Source of the DNA: an uncultured virus (IMG/VR IMGVR_UViG_2786546901_000002)
Lineage: Duplodnaviria > Heunggongvirae > Uroviricota > Caudoviricetes
Direction: 5' to 3' (one strand)
Length of the DNA: 64,000 bases
Virus record (IMG/VR): IMGVR_UViG_2786546901_000002
This document shows positions 9,752 through 19,796 of this stretch, in pieces; within the stretch, counting starts at the first letter, position 1; each line of letters starts with the position of its first letter. The notes below the pieces were generated by a model. That model saw only the letters and a list, made by a program, of their open reading frames with translations, had not been told where the DNA came from and searched no databases. A program made the translations under genes and the position numbers.

Positions 9752-12700
9752 TTATGCGTTCCAGGAGGCATCGAAGTCATGCACGACATCGATGAGCGCC
9801 TGTGCCAGTTGTTCTTTCAGGTTCTGTATCTCTTCCGTCTGCCCCTCCTTCGACTTCATCAGGTCGATGGTCCTGACACTGAGCAGGCTCTCTATGTTCA
9901 CGATGACCTGTTTAGGTGCCGCCGAGGACAACCGCCCCGTGCCGGAATAGTTGCCGCCGGCCCCTCCGTCATCCAGATGCGTGTTGGTAATCGGGTTGGC
10001 AGCAAACGGACGTGTATCGTTGGAATCCGGTTCGTTGCCGTACTGGTCGGGAGTGAAGCCCGCCACGCGGAGGATGTTCTCGGCTGCCTCCGCCGAACCT
10101 CCGAAAGTCTGCCGGAGCGATGAAAAGAACTTCACGAGTGTCGTATGTGCCAGCTTGCGATGCGCGATGTTGTCTATACGCTGCGCATCGGTGGCGTTCT
10201 GCCCCAGTGCCCGCTGTTTCCATAGCCCGTTTTCGTCCTGCTCGAATCCCCAGGCCCTGAACTGGTCAAAGTCGAACCCTCCCTTACGCATCAGCTCATG
10301 CGCATTGGCGGCACTCGATATGGCATTCCGATAAGCGGTGGCGGCACGCACAATCTCCGGAACGGTCTGCGTGTTCATGTACCGGGCATAGTCGTATGTG
10401 CGGGCGGCAACCGCTTCCGACCTGTCCCCGATATCATTCACATAGACGGCCTTGCCATCCTGCATACGCCACAAAGACTTGTCGAGATCCTTCTCCTGTT
10501 GCCCGAAACGCTCCTTTACCGTCTTGAGGAAAGCGTCCACTTCCAATACCGTACCCATCTTCCCGAACTCGGCGTACGCGGCATCGATACGTGTCTGGCT
10601 GTCGCGTTTGGCAAGGGTGACAAGCGCATCCCTTATGTCATCCTGACGGGCTTTGTCCATGTTATACACATGGTCTCGCGATACCATCCCCTCAGATGAA
10701 GCGATGGCAAATTCCCCCAAGAACCCGGCCCACCAGTTGGATGTGAAGGCTCCGATTTTATGTCCCGAAGCCTCTTCGATACTTTTGCCGGCAACGACCT
10801 CGTCCACGGCACGCTTTGTCTTGACAGCCATGTTATAGGTCTCGCTCAGGGAGGAGTAAAGTGCCTCTATGGACGGATAACGGTACTTGCGGTTCGATTC
10901 GATCTCTTCCAGTACGGCATCCTTCGCCTCCTTTATCTTCCAGGTCTTGTAAGCCACCCATCCCAAAGTCCCGACCAATGCGGCTATACCTGCCGTGGCG
11001 GCAACCGCGCCTGTACTGATGGCACTCAACGAGGCGGCAGCACCGGTCAGTCCGCTGCCGGTAGCCACCTGTGTGGCAAACAGCGACTGCAGGACTCCTT
11101 TGGCTCCGATGACACCGCCCCCGGCCATCAAGGCGCGGTTCATCGCTCCCCGTCCCGCCACGCCTGCGGACTGCATGGCCGACACGATGGCCCGCTTCTG
11201 GGCAAACGAAACCTTACCGATACCACCCGCCCCCAGCAGCCCCTGCACGGCACTGATTGATGTCGTGGCCGCAGACTGTTTGCCGATAAACCCCATGGCG
11301 ATGCCGATATTCGTCAGGGCTCCCGCCACCTTGAACAGCCGGGTCGCGACAACGCCTGTAAAGACAAGCGGTTCTATCCAATGGAAATTGCGGGTCACCC
11401 ATGCGCCGATATTGCCGATCACGGTGAAGATGTCCAACAAGGCATTCCCGATGGACACCAGGCCACGGGTAAATTCCGGAGCCTTGAACTTTGCCAGAAA
11501 AGTGCGGAGCACAGTGCGGATAGAGGGTTCCAACACCTCGTATGCCTGCATGAACCCTTCGGTCAGCTGGGAGGTCACCTGCGCCCACAATCCCTTGGTC
11601 GTATTCTGCTTTACCAATGCCAGTTCTGAGGAAACGCCCTGGGACCCCCGGTTATATGAAGTCAGTTCTCGTAGTTTGTCGTAGTTCTTCAGGAACATCA
11701 TCGCCGCGTTACCGCCAATTTTCCCGAAGATTGCCTGGACATCCGCCATCGACGCGCCCTTCTTGTTCAATTCCTCGAAAATGTCCGCTATAGGACGGAG
11801 TTTCTCGACCTGCACCCCCTCGATGTCGCGCATTTCCGTGAACCGGATGCCCAGGCGGTCCAGAACTTCCTGTGCCTCCTTGGTAGGTTTGGCAAAACGT
11901 GTGGAAAGAGCACGCAACGAGGTTCCCGCCAGCGTTCCCTTCAGACCCATATTGCCCAAAAGACCGATGGCGGCACTGCTTTCCGTGAAGTCCACGCCCG
12001 CCATACGCAGGTAACCGGCAGCCATCTTGTATGACTCCGCCATCTCCACGATATTCACATTCGAGCGGGAAATGGTGGAGGAGATAATGTCCGCCACGCT
12101 GTCCATGCTGTCGTTATGGATATCATAACCGGCCATGATGTTCGTGGCCAGGTCGGCGATATACGACACGTCGTTGTCACCGATAAGTGCCAGGTTCGTG
12201 ATCGGGCGGATGGACTTGTTGATTGTCTCGATATTCATGCCCGCCATCGACAGGTATTTGACGGCACCGGCAATCTCCACGGCTGTGTATTTCGTGTCGA
12301 TGCCGATTTTACGGACATGACGGGCCATACTGTCAAAACGGGTCTCGAATGTCTTGAGGTCGCTGTCCGCCACACGGAGGATGGAATGTGCCGATTCCAT
12401 GATGTTGGAATAGTCGATGGCCTTCGTCAGTTCCGAACGGATCAGGCTGTAACCCATATAGGCATTGAGCATCGAAGCGAACGGGAGGTTCCTGAGTGAC
12501 GGCGCTTTCGAATACTGGATACGGTTGATGGCGGCACGGCGTTTACTGCGGTAGAGCGTACCGGCTGCAGTATGTTCCCGCTGCATGAGCCTGACGGACT
12601 GCATCGCATTGCGCTGTTCCTGCCGTCTTGCAGCCTGCTCGGCCTTTATACGTTCCGTTTCTGCCTTACGGCGTGCCTGTTCTGCCTGCCGGCGTATTTT

Positions 12701-13594
12701 CTCCGCAGCACGGGCGGCATTCTTGCACTCCCGTTCTTTAGCCCGCGCTTCATCGGCACGCCGCTTTTCCGCCGCGGCGGTTTCTGCCAGAGCCGCCTTA
12801 CGGCGCTGGTCTGCGGTAAAGAGCTCCTCCGCGTGGACCAGTTTCTGGCGATGCAGCTGCTGTCCTGCATAAAGCCGTTCCATCAGTTTTTGCCGGGCCT
12901 TTTCGGGCATTACGAAGGCCTGCGGAGCATATGGCACCGGAACGGAAGGTGTGAGTCCTTCGGATGGTATGCCTCCCTGCATGTTGAAAGAAATGACAGA
13001 AGCACTTTTGATACGACCCAATAGGGAAAGTATCTGCTGCAACCTGTTTTCCGCCGTCCCGGTCTTGATTTGCAGTTCCCGGTCACGTTCCATGGAAACC
13101 AGGGCGGAGTTGATTTTCCCGATGGCTTTGGTAATGCGTTTCTGCGCGTCTGCCATCGTGCCAACGGACGAGGCGGCATTCTTTTCGATCTCCGCTTTGC
13201 GCATCTCGGCAGCCTTTTTCTCGTAAAGGCTTTTGGCGTTGGCCTTGATTTTCTTGCTGTCCAAAGCCTGACCGGCATTGATGGTCAGGCTGATGCCTTT
13301 GGAAAGCGTGGAAATATCCGTGAGTAACCCCTTGATACGTTCCAGCTTCTCTTCGCTTTTTTTCGTATCGATGGTCAGGCGGTAATCGAAATTACGTTTC
13401 TTGCCGTTCTTGGTGCGGAACACGCGGTCTATCTCGTCCATCATATTCTTGATGTTCGTGACGGCCGGAGTCAGGGACGCTTTCGCCTGTACCAACTTGC
13501 CTACCGCCTCACCGAAGGCGATAACCTGCTTGGTGCCCTGAGAGGCATCCACGTTGATGGAGTAGTTGACCTGATAGTTCTGTTCCTGAGCCAT
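9752..13594 (-). CDS. Tail tape measure protein (TP901-type core)
   Basis: ~1280 aa, helical; TKYTAVEIAGAVKYLSMAG and GLKGTLAGTSLR motifs. Confidence 0.9.
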   Translation of the reverse strand: MAQEQNYQVNYSINVDASQGTKQVIAFGEAVGKLVQAKASLTPAVTNIKNMMDEIDRVFRTKNGKKRNFDYRLTIDTKKSEEKLERIKGLLTDISTLSKGISLTINAGQALDSKKIKANAKSLYEKKAAEMRKAEIEKNAASSVGTMADAQKRITKAIGKINSALVSMERDRELQIKTGTAENRLQQILSLLGRIKSASVISFNMQGGIPSEGLTPSVPVPYAPQAFVMPEKARQKLMERLYAGQQLHRQKLVHAEELFTADQRRKAALAETAAAEKRRADEARAKERECKNAARAAEKIRRQAEQARRKAETERIKAEQAARRQEQRNAMQSVRLMQREHTAAGTLYRSKRRAAINRIQYSKAPSLRNLPFASMLNAYMGYSLIRSELTKAIDYSNIMESAHSILRVADSDLKTFETRFDSMARHVRKIGIDTKYTAVEIAGAVKYLSMAGMNIETINKSIRPITNLALIGDNDVSYIADLATNIMAGYDIHNDSMDSVADIISSTISRSNVNIVEMAESYKMAAGYLRMAGVDFTESSAAIGLLGNMGLKGTLAGTSLRALSTRFAKPTKEAQEVLDRLGIRFTEMRDIEGVQVEKLRPIADIFEELNKKGASMADVQAIFGKIGGNAAMMFLKNYDKLRELTSYNRGSQGVSSELALVKQNTTKGLWAQVTSQLTEGFMQAYEVLEPSIRTVLRTFLAKFKAPEFTRGLVSIGNALLDIFTVIGNIGAWVTRNFHWIEPLVFTGVVATRLFKVAGALTNIGIAMGFIGKQSAATTSISAVQGLLGAGGIGKVSFAQKRAIVSAMQSAGVAGRGAMNRALMAGGGVIGAKGVLQSLFATQVATGSGLTGAAASLSAISTGAVAATAGIAALVGTLGWVAYKTWKIKEAKDAVLEEIESNRKYRYPSIEALYSSLSETYNMAVKTKRAVDEVVAGKSIEEASGHKIGAFTSNWWAGFLGEFAIASSEGMVSRDHVYNMDKARQDDIRDALVTLAKRDSQTRIDAAYAEFGKMGTVLEVDAFLKTVKERFGQQEKDLDKSLWRMQDGKAVYVNDIGDRSEAVAARTYDYARYMNTQTVPEIVRAATAYRNAISSAANAHELMRKGGFDFDQFRAWGFEQDENGLWKQRALGQNATDAQRIDNIAHRKLAHTTLVKFFSSLRQTFGGSAEAAENILRVAGFTPDQYGNEPDSNDTRPFAANPITNTHLDDGGAGGNYSGTGRLSSAAPKQVIVNIESLLSVRTIDLMKSKEGQTEEIQNLKEQLAQALIDVVHDFDASWNA

Positions 13595-13687
13595 GGTAAT
13601 GGGTACTGCGTTAAAAGAATAGTCTTTCCGCAAGGGCGGAGATTATGAAACGAAGGCCGCCGCAAACCGGAAGCTTACGGCGGCAGG

Positions 13688-13873
13688 TCAAGGAGTCCTC
13701 TCCGGCAATGACATCGGAACGGGCATACGGCTGATGAGCATCTGCTCGTGCAGCCACAACGCCTCTTCGGAAAGCATCGCGAACTCCTCGTCGGAAATCG
13801 TGTCGAGGTTGACGCCGGGAAAGTAGTGGCGGACATAGATCATCCGCTGGCGGATGCGCTGCTCGTCGGTCAC
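13688..13873 (-). CDS. Tail assembly chaperone, downstream (gpT-like) segment
   Basis: Small ORF between chaperone and tape measure; its frame overlaps the chaperone end in the -1 phase. Confidence 0.55.
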   Translation of the reverse strand: MTDEQRIRQRMIYVRHYFPGVNLDTISDEEFAMLSEEALWLHEQMLISRMPVPMSLPERTP

Positions 13874-13884
13874 TACCCACCGGC

Positions 13885-14241
13885 TTATAAGTTTACCAGG
13901 ACACTCTGGCGGGTGGTGATCAGCTCGGAAAGCTGTCCCATCAGACCGAACAGGAAGAGCGACTCGTCGTCCACGAGTTCCTTATCTCCGTCCACGAAGC
14001 AGTCGCGGGCCAACGTGCGCATGGCGATTACCTCGTCCTTTTTGGAAGCGGCCATGAATTTGCTGAACTGCGGAAAGCTCGGTTCGGACATGTAGGCCAC
14101 ATAAATCTCTTTCTCGCCGTTTGCGGTGTCTCCGAAAACGACCATCGGACAAATCTTGCGGAGTTTCTTCTCCTCTTTCAGTTTGAGGGCTTTTTCCTTG
14201 ATCTTGATCTCCTGTTCCAATGAAAGCATTTTTTCGTCCAT
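13885..14241 (-). CDS. Tail assembly chaperone (gpG-like)
   Basis: 118 aa upstream of the tape measure; start taken at MDEKM. Confidence 0.6.
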   Translation of the reverse strand: MDEKMLSLEQEIKIKEKALKLKEEKKLRKICPMVVFGDTANGEKEIYVAYMSEPSFPQFSKFMAASKKDEVIAMRTLARDCFVDGDKELVDDESLFLFGLMGQLSELITTRQSVLVNL

Positions 14242-14411
14242 ATCGAATTTGTTTTGATTCACCGAAAGAGTAGGACAAAGAATCGTGGAAAGGTTGAAGA
14301 CACGGTTCTTATTCACTTGTAATCCATATGTTATACAAAAAACTTCTTTGCTCCTGATATTCCCAGATCAGTCTTTAAAGGAAATTTCGCTGAATATATT
14401 TCATATATTTC

Positions 14412-14442
14412 TTTGATATATAGTATATAATCGTTAATTTTG
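14412..14442 (+). promoter_or_regulatory. Bacteroidetes sigma-A promoter TTTG-N19-TAATTTTG
   Basis: Full -33/-7 consensus upstream of 14460. Confidence 0.7.
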
Positions 14443-14459
14443 CATATTCTCAAACATAA

Positions 14460-15443
14460 ATGATTATGTGCAAAATAGATGATTTTATAGATGTGACAAG
14501 CCGGTACATCGCTGAATTGCTTGATTTGAGGGCGGACATCAGGCCGGTCGAAAAGGATGTCTTGCATACATTCCCAGCCAATATTACTGCCGGTTATACA
14601 TTTTGTACGGCTAACTTGTTGGGGCATGACGTAGTTCTTCTGTATAGTGCAGACAGTTCTGCATATACTCCGGGGCAGATGCGGAAACAAAAAGAACTGG
14701 TTGAGCGAAAAGCCCAATGCCCGGTAATATTTGTATTGCGTACAGTGGCGGCCTATAATGTACGGCGTCTTGTCAGACATCGTGTAAATTTCATCATACC
14801 GCAAAAGCAAATGTTCATACCGGATTTGTTGATAGATTTGAAACCGCATAAAAATAATATCGGGGGCGGTGAAGAAACGCAGATTCCTGCAATTGCCCAA
14901 TGCATAATCCTTTATCATCTTGAAGTAAAGTCTCTCGAAGGGAAAGGAACTTATGATATTGCAGATCTTTTCAACGTGTCGTATGCCAATGTAAACCGGG
15001 CGGTCAGATGGCTGAAAGATAAAGAAGTTATCGCTTTATCCGGCGGCAAGACAAAGAGTATGATATTTCAGTTCAAAAAGCGTGAATTATGGGACAGGAT
15101 GTTGCCGTTCCTGGCGAACCCCATCGAGCGGATTGTATATACCGATAGTCTGCCTGATGAAGTATTTTGTATTAGTGGAGTAAATGCCTTGTCGGAATAT
15201 TCAATGCTGAACAAGGAAAAAAATGACACTTATGCCATTGCAAAAGAAGAAGCTCGACGGTTGCAAATCCGGACAGACAAGGAATATGGCGAGACCCGCA
15301 TAGAGATATGGCGTTACAATCCATGTTTTTTCTCAAAAAACGGCATTGTAGACAAATTGTCTTTATTTCTGGCCATGAAGGATATGGATGATGAACGCAT
15401 TCAAATAGAATTGGAAACTATGATAAATAATATGATATGGTAA
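14460..15443 (+). CDS. HTH-containing AbiEi-like antitoxin/regulator
   Basis: Central wHTH (DIADLFNVSYANVNRAVRWL) and SGVNALSEYS motif; coupled to a nucleotidyltransferase gene. Confidence 0.6.
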   Translation: MIMCKIDDFIDVTSRYIAELLDLRADIRPVEKDVLHTFPANITAGYTFCTANLLGHDVVLLYSADSSAYTPGQMRKQKELVERKAQCPVIFVLRTVAAYNVRRLVRHRVNFIIPQKQMFIPDLLIDLKPHKNNIGGGEETQIPAIAQCIILYHLEVKSLEGKGTYDIADLFNVSYANVNRAVRWLKDKEVIALSGGKTKSMIFQFKKRELWDRMLPFLANPIERIVYTDSLPDEVFCISGVNALSEYSMLNKEKNDTYAIAKEEARRLQIRTDKEYGETRIEIWRYNPCFFSKNGIVDKLSLFLAMKDMDDERIQIELETMINNMIW

Positions 15444-16219
15444 GAGGAATTGATAAATTCAGGGAGTTTTTCACCGGATATGAAGGAAACTATGTCATCA
15501 TAGGTGGTACTGCCTGTGAAATGCATGAAGAAATATATGCACAAACTCCAAGGGCGACCAAGGACATAGACATTATACTGATTGTGGAGGCGCTGTCTTC
15601 GGATTTTGCTGCAAAATTCTGGGAGTTTGTAAAAACCGCAGGGTACAGACAAAGGAATAAGGGAACCGGGAACGGGGAATGCAGGCATGAATATTACAGG
15701 TTCAAGGAACCGGGAAATCCGGATTTCCCGTATCAGATAGAACTCTTTTCACGAAATATCGGGGTTGTCAAATTCCCGGACGATGCCCACATTACCCCCA
15801 TTCCGGTTGATGATGACCTGTCAAGTCTGTCAGCCATTTTGATGGATGATGACTATTATAATTATACCATTGAACACAGCACGTTGGAGGAGGGCGTACA
15901 TATTGCGAACATTGAAAGTCTTATCTGTCTGAAATGCAGGGCCTATTTAGAAATGACCGAGCGGAAAAACAATGGAGAACAAGTGGACAGCAAACATATC
16001 GTCAAGCACAAGAAAGATGTATTCCGGCTGGTTGCCATGCTTGCTCCTGCCGACACCTACGAAGTTCCTGATTCGCTTAAACAAGATGTTGACAGGTTTT
16101 GCCTGGCTGTCAAAGAAGAAGTGCCAAACTCTGATTTTTTCAAATCGGCAGGACTTAAAAGCATTTCCGGAGAACAGTTATTGGAACAACTTGAAGCCAA
16201 TTTCATAACACAACAATGA
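15437..16219 (+). CDS. AbiEii-like nucleotidyltransferase (type IV TA/Abi toxin-like)
   Basis: IIGGTAC...RATKDIDI catalytic motif and KHKKDVF. Confidence 0.7.
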   Translation: MVRGIDKFREFFTGYEGNYVIIGGTACEMHEEIYAQTPRATKDIDIILIVEALSSDFAAKFWEFVKTAGYRQRNKGTGNGECRHEYYRFKEPGNPDFPYQIELFSRNIGVVKFPDDAHITPIPVDDDLSSLSAILMDDDYYNYTIEHSTLEEGVHIANIESLICLKCRAYLEMTERKNNGEQVDSKHIVKHKKDVFRLVAMLAPADTYEVPDSLKQDVDRFCLAVKEEVPNSDFFKSAGLKSISGEQLLEQLEANFITQQ

Positions 16220-16980
16220 GAATCCAATACGCATCCGACCTGCATCTCGAGTTTCGGGAGAACAGCAGTTTTTTGAAGCACAACCCGCTGGCTGTTGCCG
16301 GAGAAGTGCTTGTCCTTGCCGGAGATATAGGATATATCGGAGATGAGAACTACTCCAGACATCCGTTCTGGGACTGGGCTTCCGGAAATTACAGCCGGGT
16401 CATCGTGGTTCCCGGAAACCACGAGTTTTACAAGATGTTCGACATAGACAAGCTGTATAACGGCTGGTCGCTCAAAATCAGGGAAAACATCACCTGCCAC
16501 TATAATGCCGTTATCCCATTGGGTAACGATATAGAATTGATCGCTACCACACTGTGGTCACATATCCTGTTGCAGGATGCCTATGAAACTGAGGCAGCCA
16601 TCACAGATTTCCGCAGGATGCGTTACGGCAGCGAACCGCTGGACTGGACAAGGTTCAATGACGAACATTCGCGCTGTTTCCGTTTTCTGGAACAGAGCGT
16701 AAAACAAAGTACTGCCAGACATCTCATTGTCGCCACTCATCATGTACCGTCATTCGAACTGATGGCGCCGGAGTTCAAGGGCAGTCCGCTCAATGGGGCA
16801 TTTACCGTGGAGCTTGGCGGTTTCATTGCAGACAGCCCGATTGAATACTGGATATATGGCCACTCGCACCGCAATATCAATAAGGTCATCGGAAACACCC
16901 GGTGCATATGCAACCAGTTGGGCTATGTGTTCAGTAACGAGCATACGTCATTCGATAAGGAAGCGCATATTTCGATTTAA
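16216..16980 (+). CDS. Calcineurin-like metallophosphoesterase
   Basis: SDLH, AGD, GNHE, THH and GHSH motifs. Confidence 0.9.
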   Translation: MRIQYASDLHLEFRENSSFLKHNPLAVAGEVLVLAGDIGYIGDENYSRHPFWDWASGNYSRVIVVPGNHEFYKMFDIDKLYNGWSLKIRENITCHYNAVIPLGNDIELIATTLWSHILLQDAYETEAAITDFRRMRYGSEPLDWTRFNDEHSRCFRFLEQSVKQSTARHLIVATHHVPSFELMAPEFKGSPLNGAFTVELGGFIADSPIEYWIYGHSHRNINKVIGNTRCICNQLGYVFSNEHTSFDKEAHISI

Positions 16981-16997
16981 GTCTGCCATACATAAAT

Positions 16998-17038
16998 CCC
17001 GTCTGTCAGCCAAGGTCAATATCCGGCAAACAGACGGG
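16998..17038. terminator. Hairpin between convergent genes
   Basis: CCCGTCTGT / ACAGACGGG inverted repeat. Confidence 0.5.
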
Positions 17039-17064
17039 TTATTATGTAACAAATTTATGGTTGA

Positions 17065-17556
17065 CTATTGAAGTCGTGGCTTCACCAACTTCCCGTCGAT
17101 ACCGCATGTTTCCAGAACCGCGGTATTTTCTTTGTTGAAGGCGATCAGGCATGACGGCGCTCCGGCCGTACCACCCTGTTCCCCCGTAACATGGTAAAAA
17201 CTGAGCCGTCCCTTGATAAAGAGTATTGAATCGGCGTTTGGGAATATCAGTTCGTGGAACAGGCGCGTGTCCGTGCGGGCAAAAGTGAGCGCGACGGCAT
17301 TCCTGTGTTCGACACACCTGCGGATAAACCGGACAATCAGTGCAGTGTCATAGGGAGGATTGCAGAACACACGTCCGAACCAGGGTTGTTGCAGGCCGTC
17401 ATCCTCAATGGTATAGTGATGTCGCGCCGTATCCCATGGGCGGTTTACGGGCGAACACGGATCCAAATCGAACGGCCCCAGCCTCCGAAGCAGGCAGGGA
17501 GGCGTGAGCCATTCGTTCTTTCCGGTAGAAGATTTCCCCTCGAAAGTTACATCCAT
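17065..17556 (-). CDS. Phage DNA N6-adenine methyltransferase (Dam-like)
   Basis: EWLTP, FDLDPC, FCNPPY, ARTDT and FIKGRL motifs. Confidence 0.85.
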   Translation of the reverse strand: MDVTFEGKSSTGKNEWLTPPCLLRRLGPFDLDPCSPVNRPWDTARHHYTIEDDGLQQPWFGRVFCNPPYDTALIVRFIRRCVEHRNAVALTFARTDTRLFHELIFPNADSILFIKGRLSFYHVTGEQGGTAGAPSCLIAFNKENTAVLETCGIDGKLVKPRLQ

Positions 17557-17562
17557 GACAGC

Positions 17563-18018
17563 TTAGATTGTATCACCCGAGCCGATTTGGATATCGAACG
17601 GGTTGAGATCGAATTCATGGGTGATATTGGTATCATCCTGCTGTGACTCGAGACAATCCTCCGTGAAGATGCAACCTTTGAGCGTTACGGTCGTCGTTGT
17701 CCAGTCCTCGCCGGCCATCGGGTTGGCAAAGCTGATAATCAGGTCGAACTCGCCGATTTCGAGCAGCGAGCCGTACACCGAACGCAACAGCTGTTGCGTG
17801 GCATAGTCCATCGTGATGCTCGCCGTATAGGTAATGTTCCCGAACCCCCTCGACACCGGCCGTCCTCCCATGCCGTAGTTACTTTCGACCTTGCGCTTCT
17901 TCGACCATTTGATGGCCGACACGCCTTCAAGGGTCGTGGAACCTTCATCGATTCCCAGGGCGGTCGATGACAGGGTTATCATCGACCACGAGTATGCTAC
18001 ATTGTTGATTATTGCCAT
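17563..18018 (-). CDS. Tail tube protein
   Basis: 151 aa directly after the sheath; YGMGGRPVSRGFG motif. Confidence 0.75.
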   Translation of the reverse strand: MAIINNVAYSWSMITLSSTALGIDEGSTTLEGVSAIKWSKKRKVESNYGMGGRPVSRGFGNITYTASITMDYATQQLLRSVYGSLLEIGEFDLIISFANPMAGEDWTTTTVTLKGCIFTEDCLESQQDDTNITHEFDLNPFDIQIGSGDTI

Positions 18019-18021
18019 ATG

Positions 18022-19374
18022 CTATGTCTTATTTGCGGTTAATGACAGTCCTTCCTCTACATAAATCTTCACGGCCACGCCCACCGGGACAAGGACATAG
18101 GAGATGCGCAGCGTGTCGTCCACCAACACGTTCTGGTTCGGGTCGATAGTGACGGCGTATCCTGAAATTTCCTGCGCCGCCTGCATCTTGGCCAGTATAT
18201 CCCCGATGAGTGTCTTGAAAGCTGTAATCTTCGACGGGGCGAGGAACCCGGTTGAAGGATTGACCATCAGCGGTGAGTTCACATACGGCAGCAGGGCTGC
18301 ACGCACGGCACGGCGGCTCTTGTTGATGGTGCGGTTCCGGGCAATGGTACGGAAATCCCCATGTGAGCATGTCTGGTCTTTCGAGATGTAGATCCCGTTC
18401 TCGCGGCCGGCATACTTGATGGGAAAAATATACCCCTTATCGTCGAGTTCGTCCAGCAGTGACGGGGAGAGTGACTCGTACCGGTTCAGGCTGAGGAAGT
18501 TCTCCTCTGCCTCGTCGAGGTTGATGTCCCCGAACCCCAACTCTATTTCCTGGAAATCGTCCGCGAAGAGATTGAACTGCTTGACCCATGCGATGGATTC
18601 GTGCACGTTGGCCTTTGCTATGGCTCCCATAACCGCTCCCAAAAATCCCACGGGCGTATGGTTCCTGTTGCACATCTGCATCGTGGAGATCTTTTCGTGA
18701 TGCGCCTGGCCGAATATACAGCTGATACGGCTTGATTCACAGATGCATGAAGGTATTTTATTCAGGTCAATCTGACGCCCCTCAGTCGTATCCGCCCCCG
18801 TATTGGAAGGATTGGCGGAAAGGATGAGCGAGAGCGGCTGGTTCTGCTCCGCAAGCCCCACGGCCACGTCGTTGAGCCCCTTTACCAGATTGAGGTTGTA
18901 TTGTTCCGATGCGCCGTTCGCTTTCCACAGCGGCTGTTCCGTCCATATGCCTATCTGGTTGATCATACCCCCGGCAGCACGCTGCATGATTTCCAGCGCA
19001 TCCCAGTTCGCCGAACAGTCCGCGAACATCACGTAGAGTTTTCCTGAACCGCCCGGATTGCCGGACATGCGGAAAAATTCACGGATATGGTATGCCGGGA
19101 TGCCGTGCAGGAAATTGACATTCATCTCCTCCTCGTCGGTTGCCTCCACACGTTCGATGATACCGAAGTCGTTCACGGCGGACTTGAACGAGGTGATGTA
19201 GCAGACATCGCCAGGCTTGAGCCTGGTCTCATTGGTTTTACCATACCCCTCCGTGAAAAGCGTCGGCTGGAGGGACACGTCGAACAGCAGTCCCGTCACC
19301 TTCTCGCCCGACGAGCCGGTATCGTAAGGAATATTGCCGTCCACATCCTTGATAAATACATTACCGAGTGCCAT
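18022..19374 (-). CDS. Tail sheath protein (contractile tail)
   Basis: 450 aa; C-terminal RTINKSRRAVR...EISGYAVTIDPNQNV...VPVGV sheath-like domain. Confidence 0.75.
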   Translation of the reverse strand: MALGNVFIKDVDGNIPYDTGSSGEKVTGLLFDVSLQPTLFTEGYGKTNETRLKPGDVCYITSFKSAVNDFGIIERVEATDEEEMNVNFLHGIPAYHIREFFRMSGNPGGSGKLYVMFADCSANWDALEIMQRAAGGMINQIGIWTEQPLWKANGASEQYNLNLVKGLNDVAVGLAEQNQPLSLILSANPSNTGADTTEGRQIDLNKIPSCICESSRISCIFGQAHHEKISTMQMCNRNHTPVGFLGAVMGAIAKANVHESIAWVKQFNLFADDFQEIELGFGDINLDEAEENFLSLNRYESLSPSLLDELDDKGYIFPIKYAGRENGIYISKDQTCSHGDFRTIARNRTINKSRRAVRAALLPYVNSPLMVNPSTGFLAPSKITAFKTLIGDILAKMQAAQEISGYAVTIDPNQNVLVDDTLRISYVLVPVGVAVKIYVEEGLSLTANKT

Positions 19375-19721
19375 TATGATTTCTTTTTAAGTTCGTTGTA
19401 GAAAGGATTCCTGTAGAGTACGGCCTTGCCCCTGATGGCGGCCGCCGTGTCCGGCGCATAGGTTCCTCCGTGCGTGTCGATGTACAGCGACGGATATGCC
19501 GGGAACTTTTTCAACAGGGACAGGATGTGAGGCTCTGTCGTCTCCTCCGACCCTGCATTCCCTTTCCCCGCGGTCTTGGCCGGCAGCCTGTCTTCAGTCT
19601 CGCCGCCTGTCCCGAGGTTTTCCGATGCCGTTTCCGGAACGGGCACCGCCTGAGCCTCCGGTGCAGGAATATTATTGTTGTCTGTCTGCGGAGTTTCCTC
19701 CGTGTTGATTTTCTTTGCCAT
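19374..19721 (-). CDS. Hypothetical protein
   Basis: Lies between capsid and sheath, translationally coupled to the sheath. Confidence 0.6.
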   Translation of the reverse strand: MAKKINTEETPQTDNNNIPAPEAQAVPVPETASENLGTGGETEDRLPAKTAGKGNAGSEETTEPHILSLLKKFPAYPSLYIDTHGGTYAPDTAAAIRGKAVLYRNPFYNELKKKS

Positions 19722-19796
19722 AACAGTAGAATGAAAATGGGGAACGGGGCCTTGCCTCCGCTCCCCGGGTGGATATTGAGAATGAAGAAAGGTGTG

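Noticed and set aside
5274..19374. Stand-alone contractile injection system or tailocin
   Set aside because: Portal, protease and capsid genes are adjacent, which indicates a phage. A terminase was not recognised in this window and may lie outside it.
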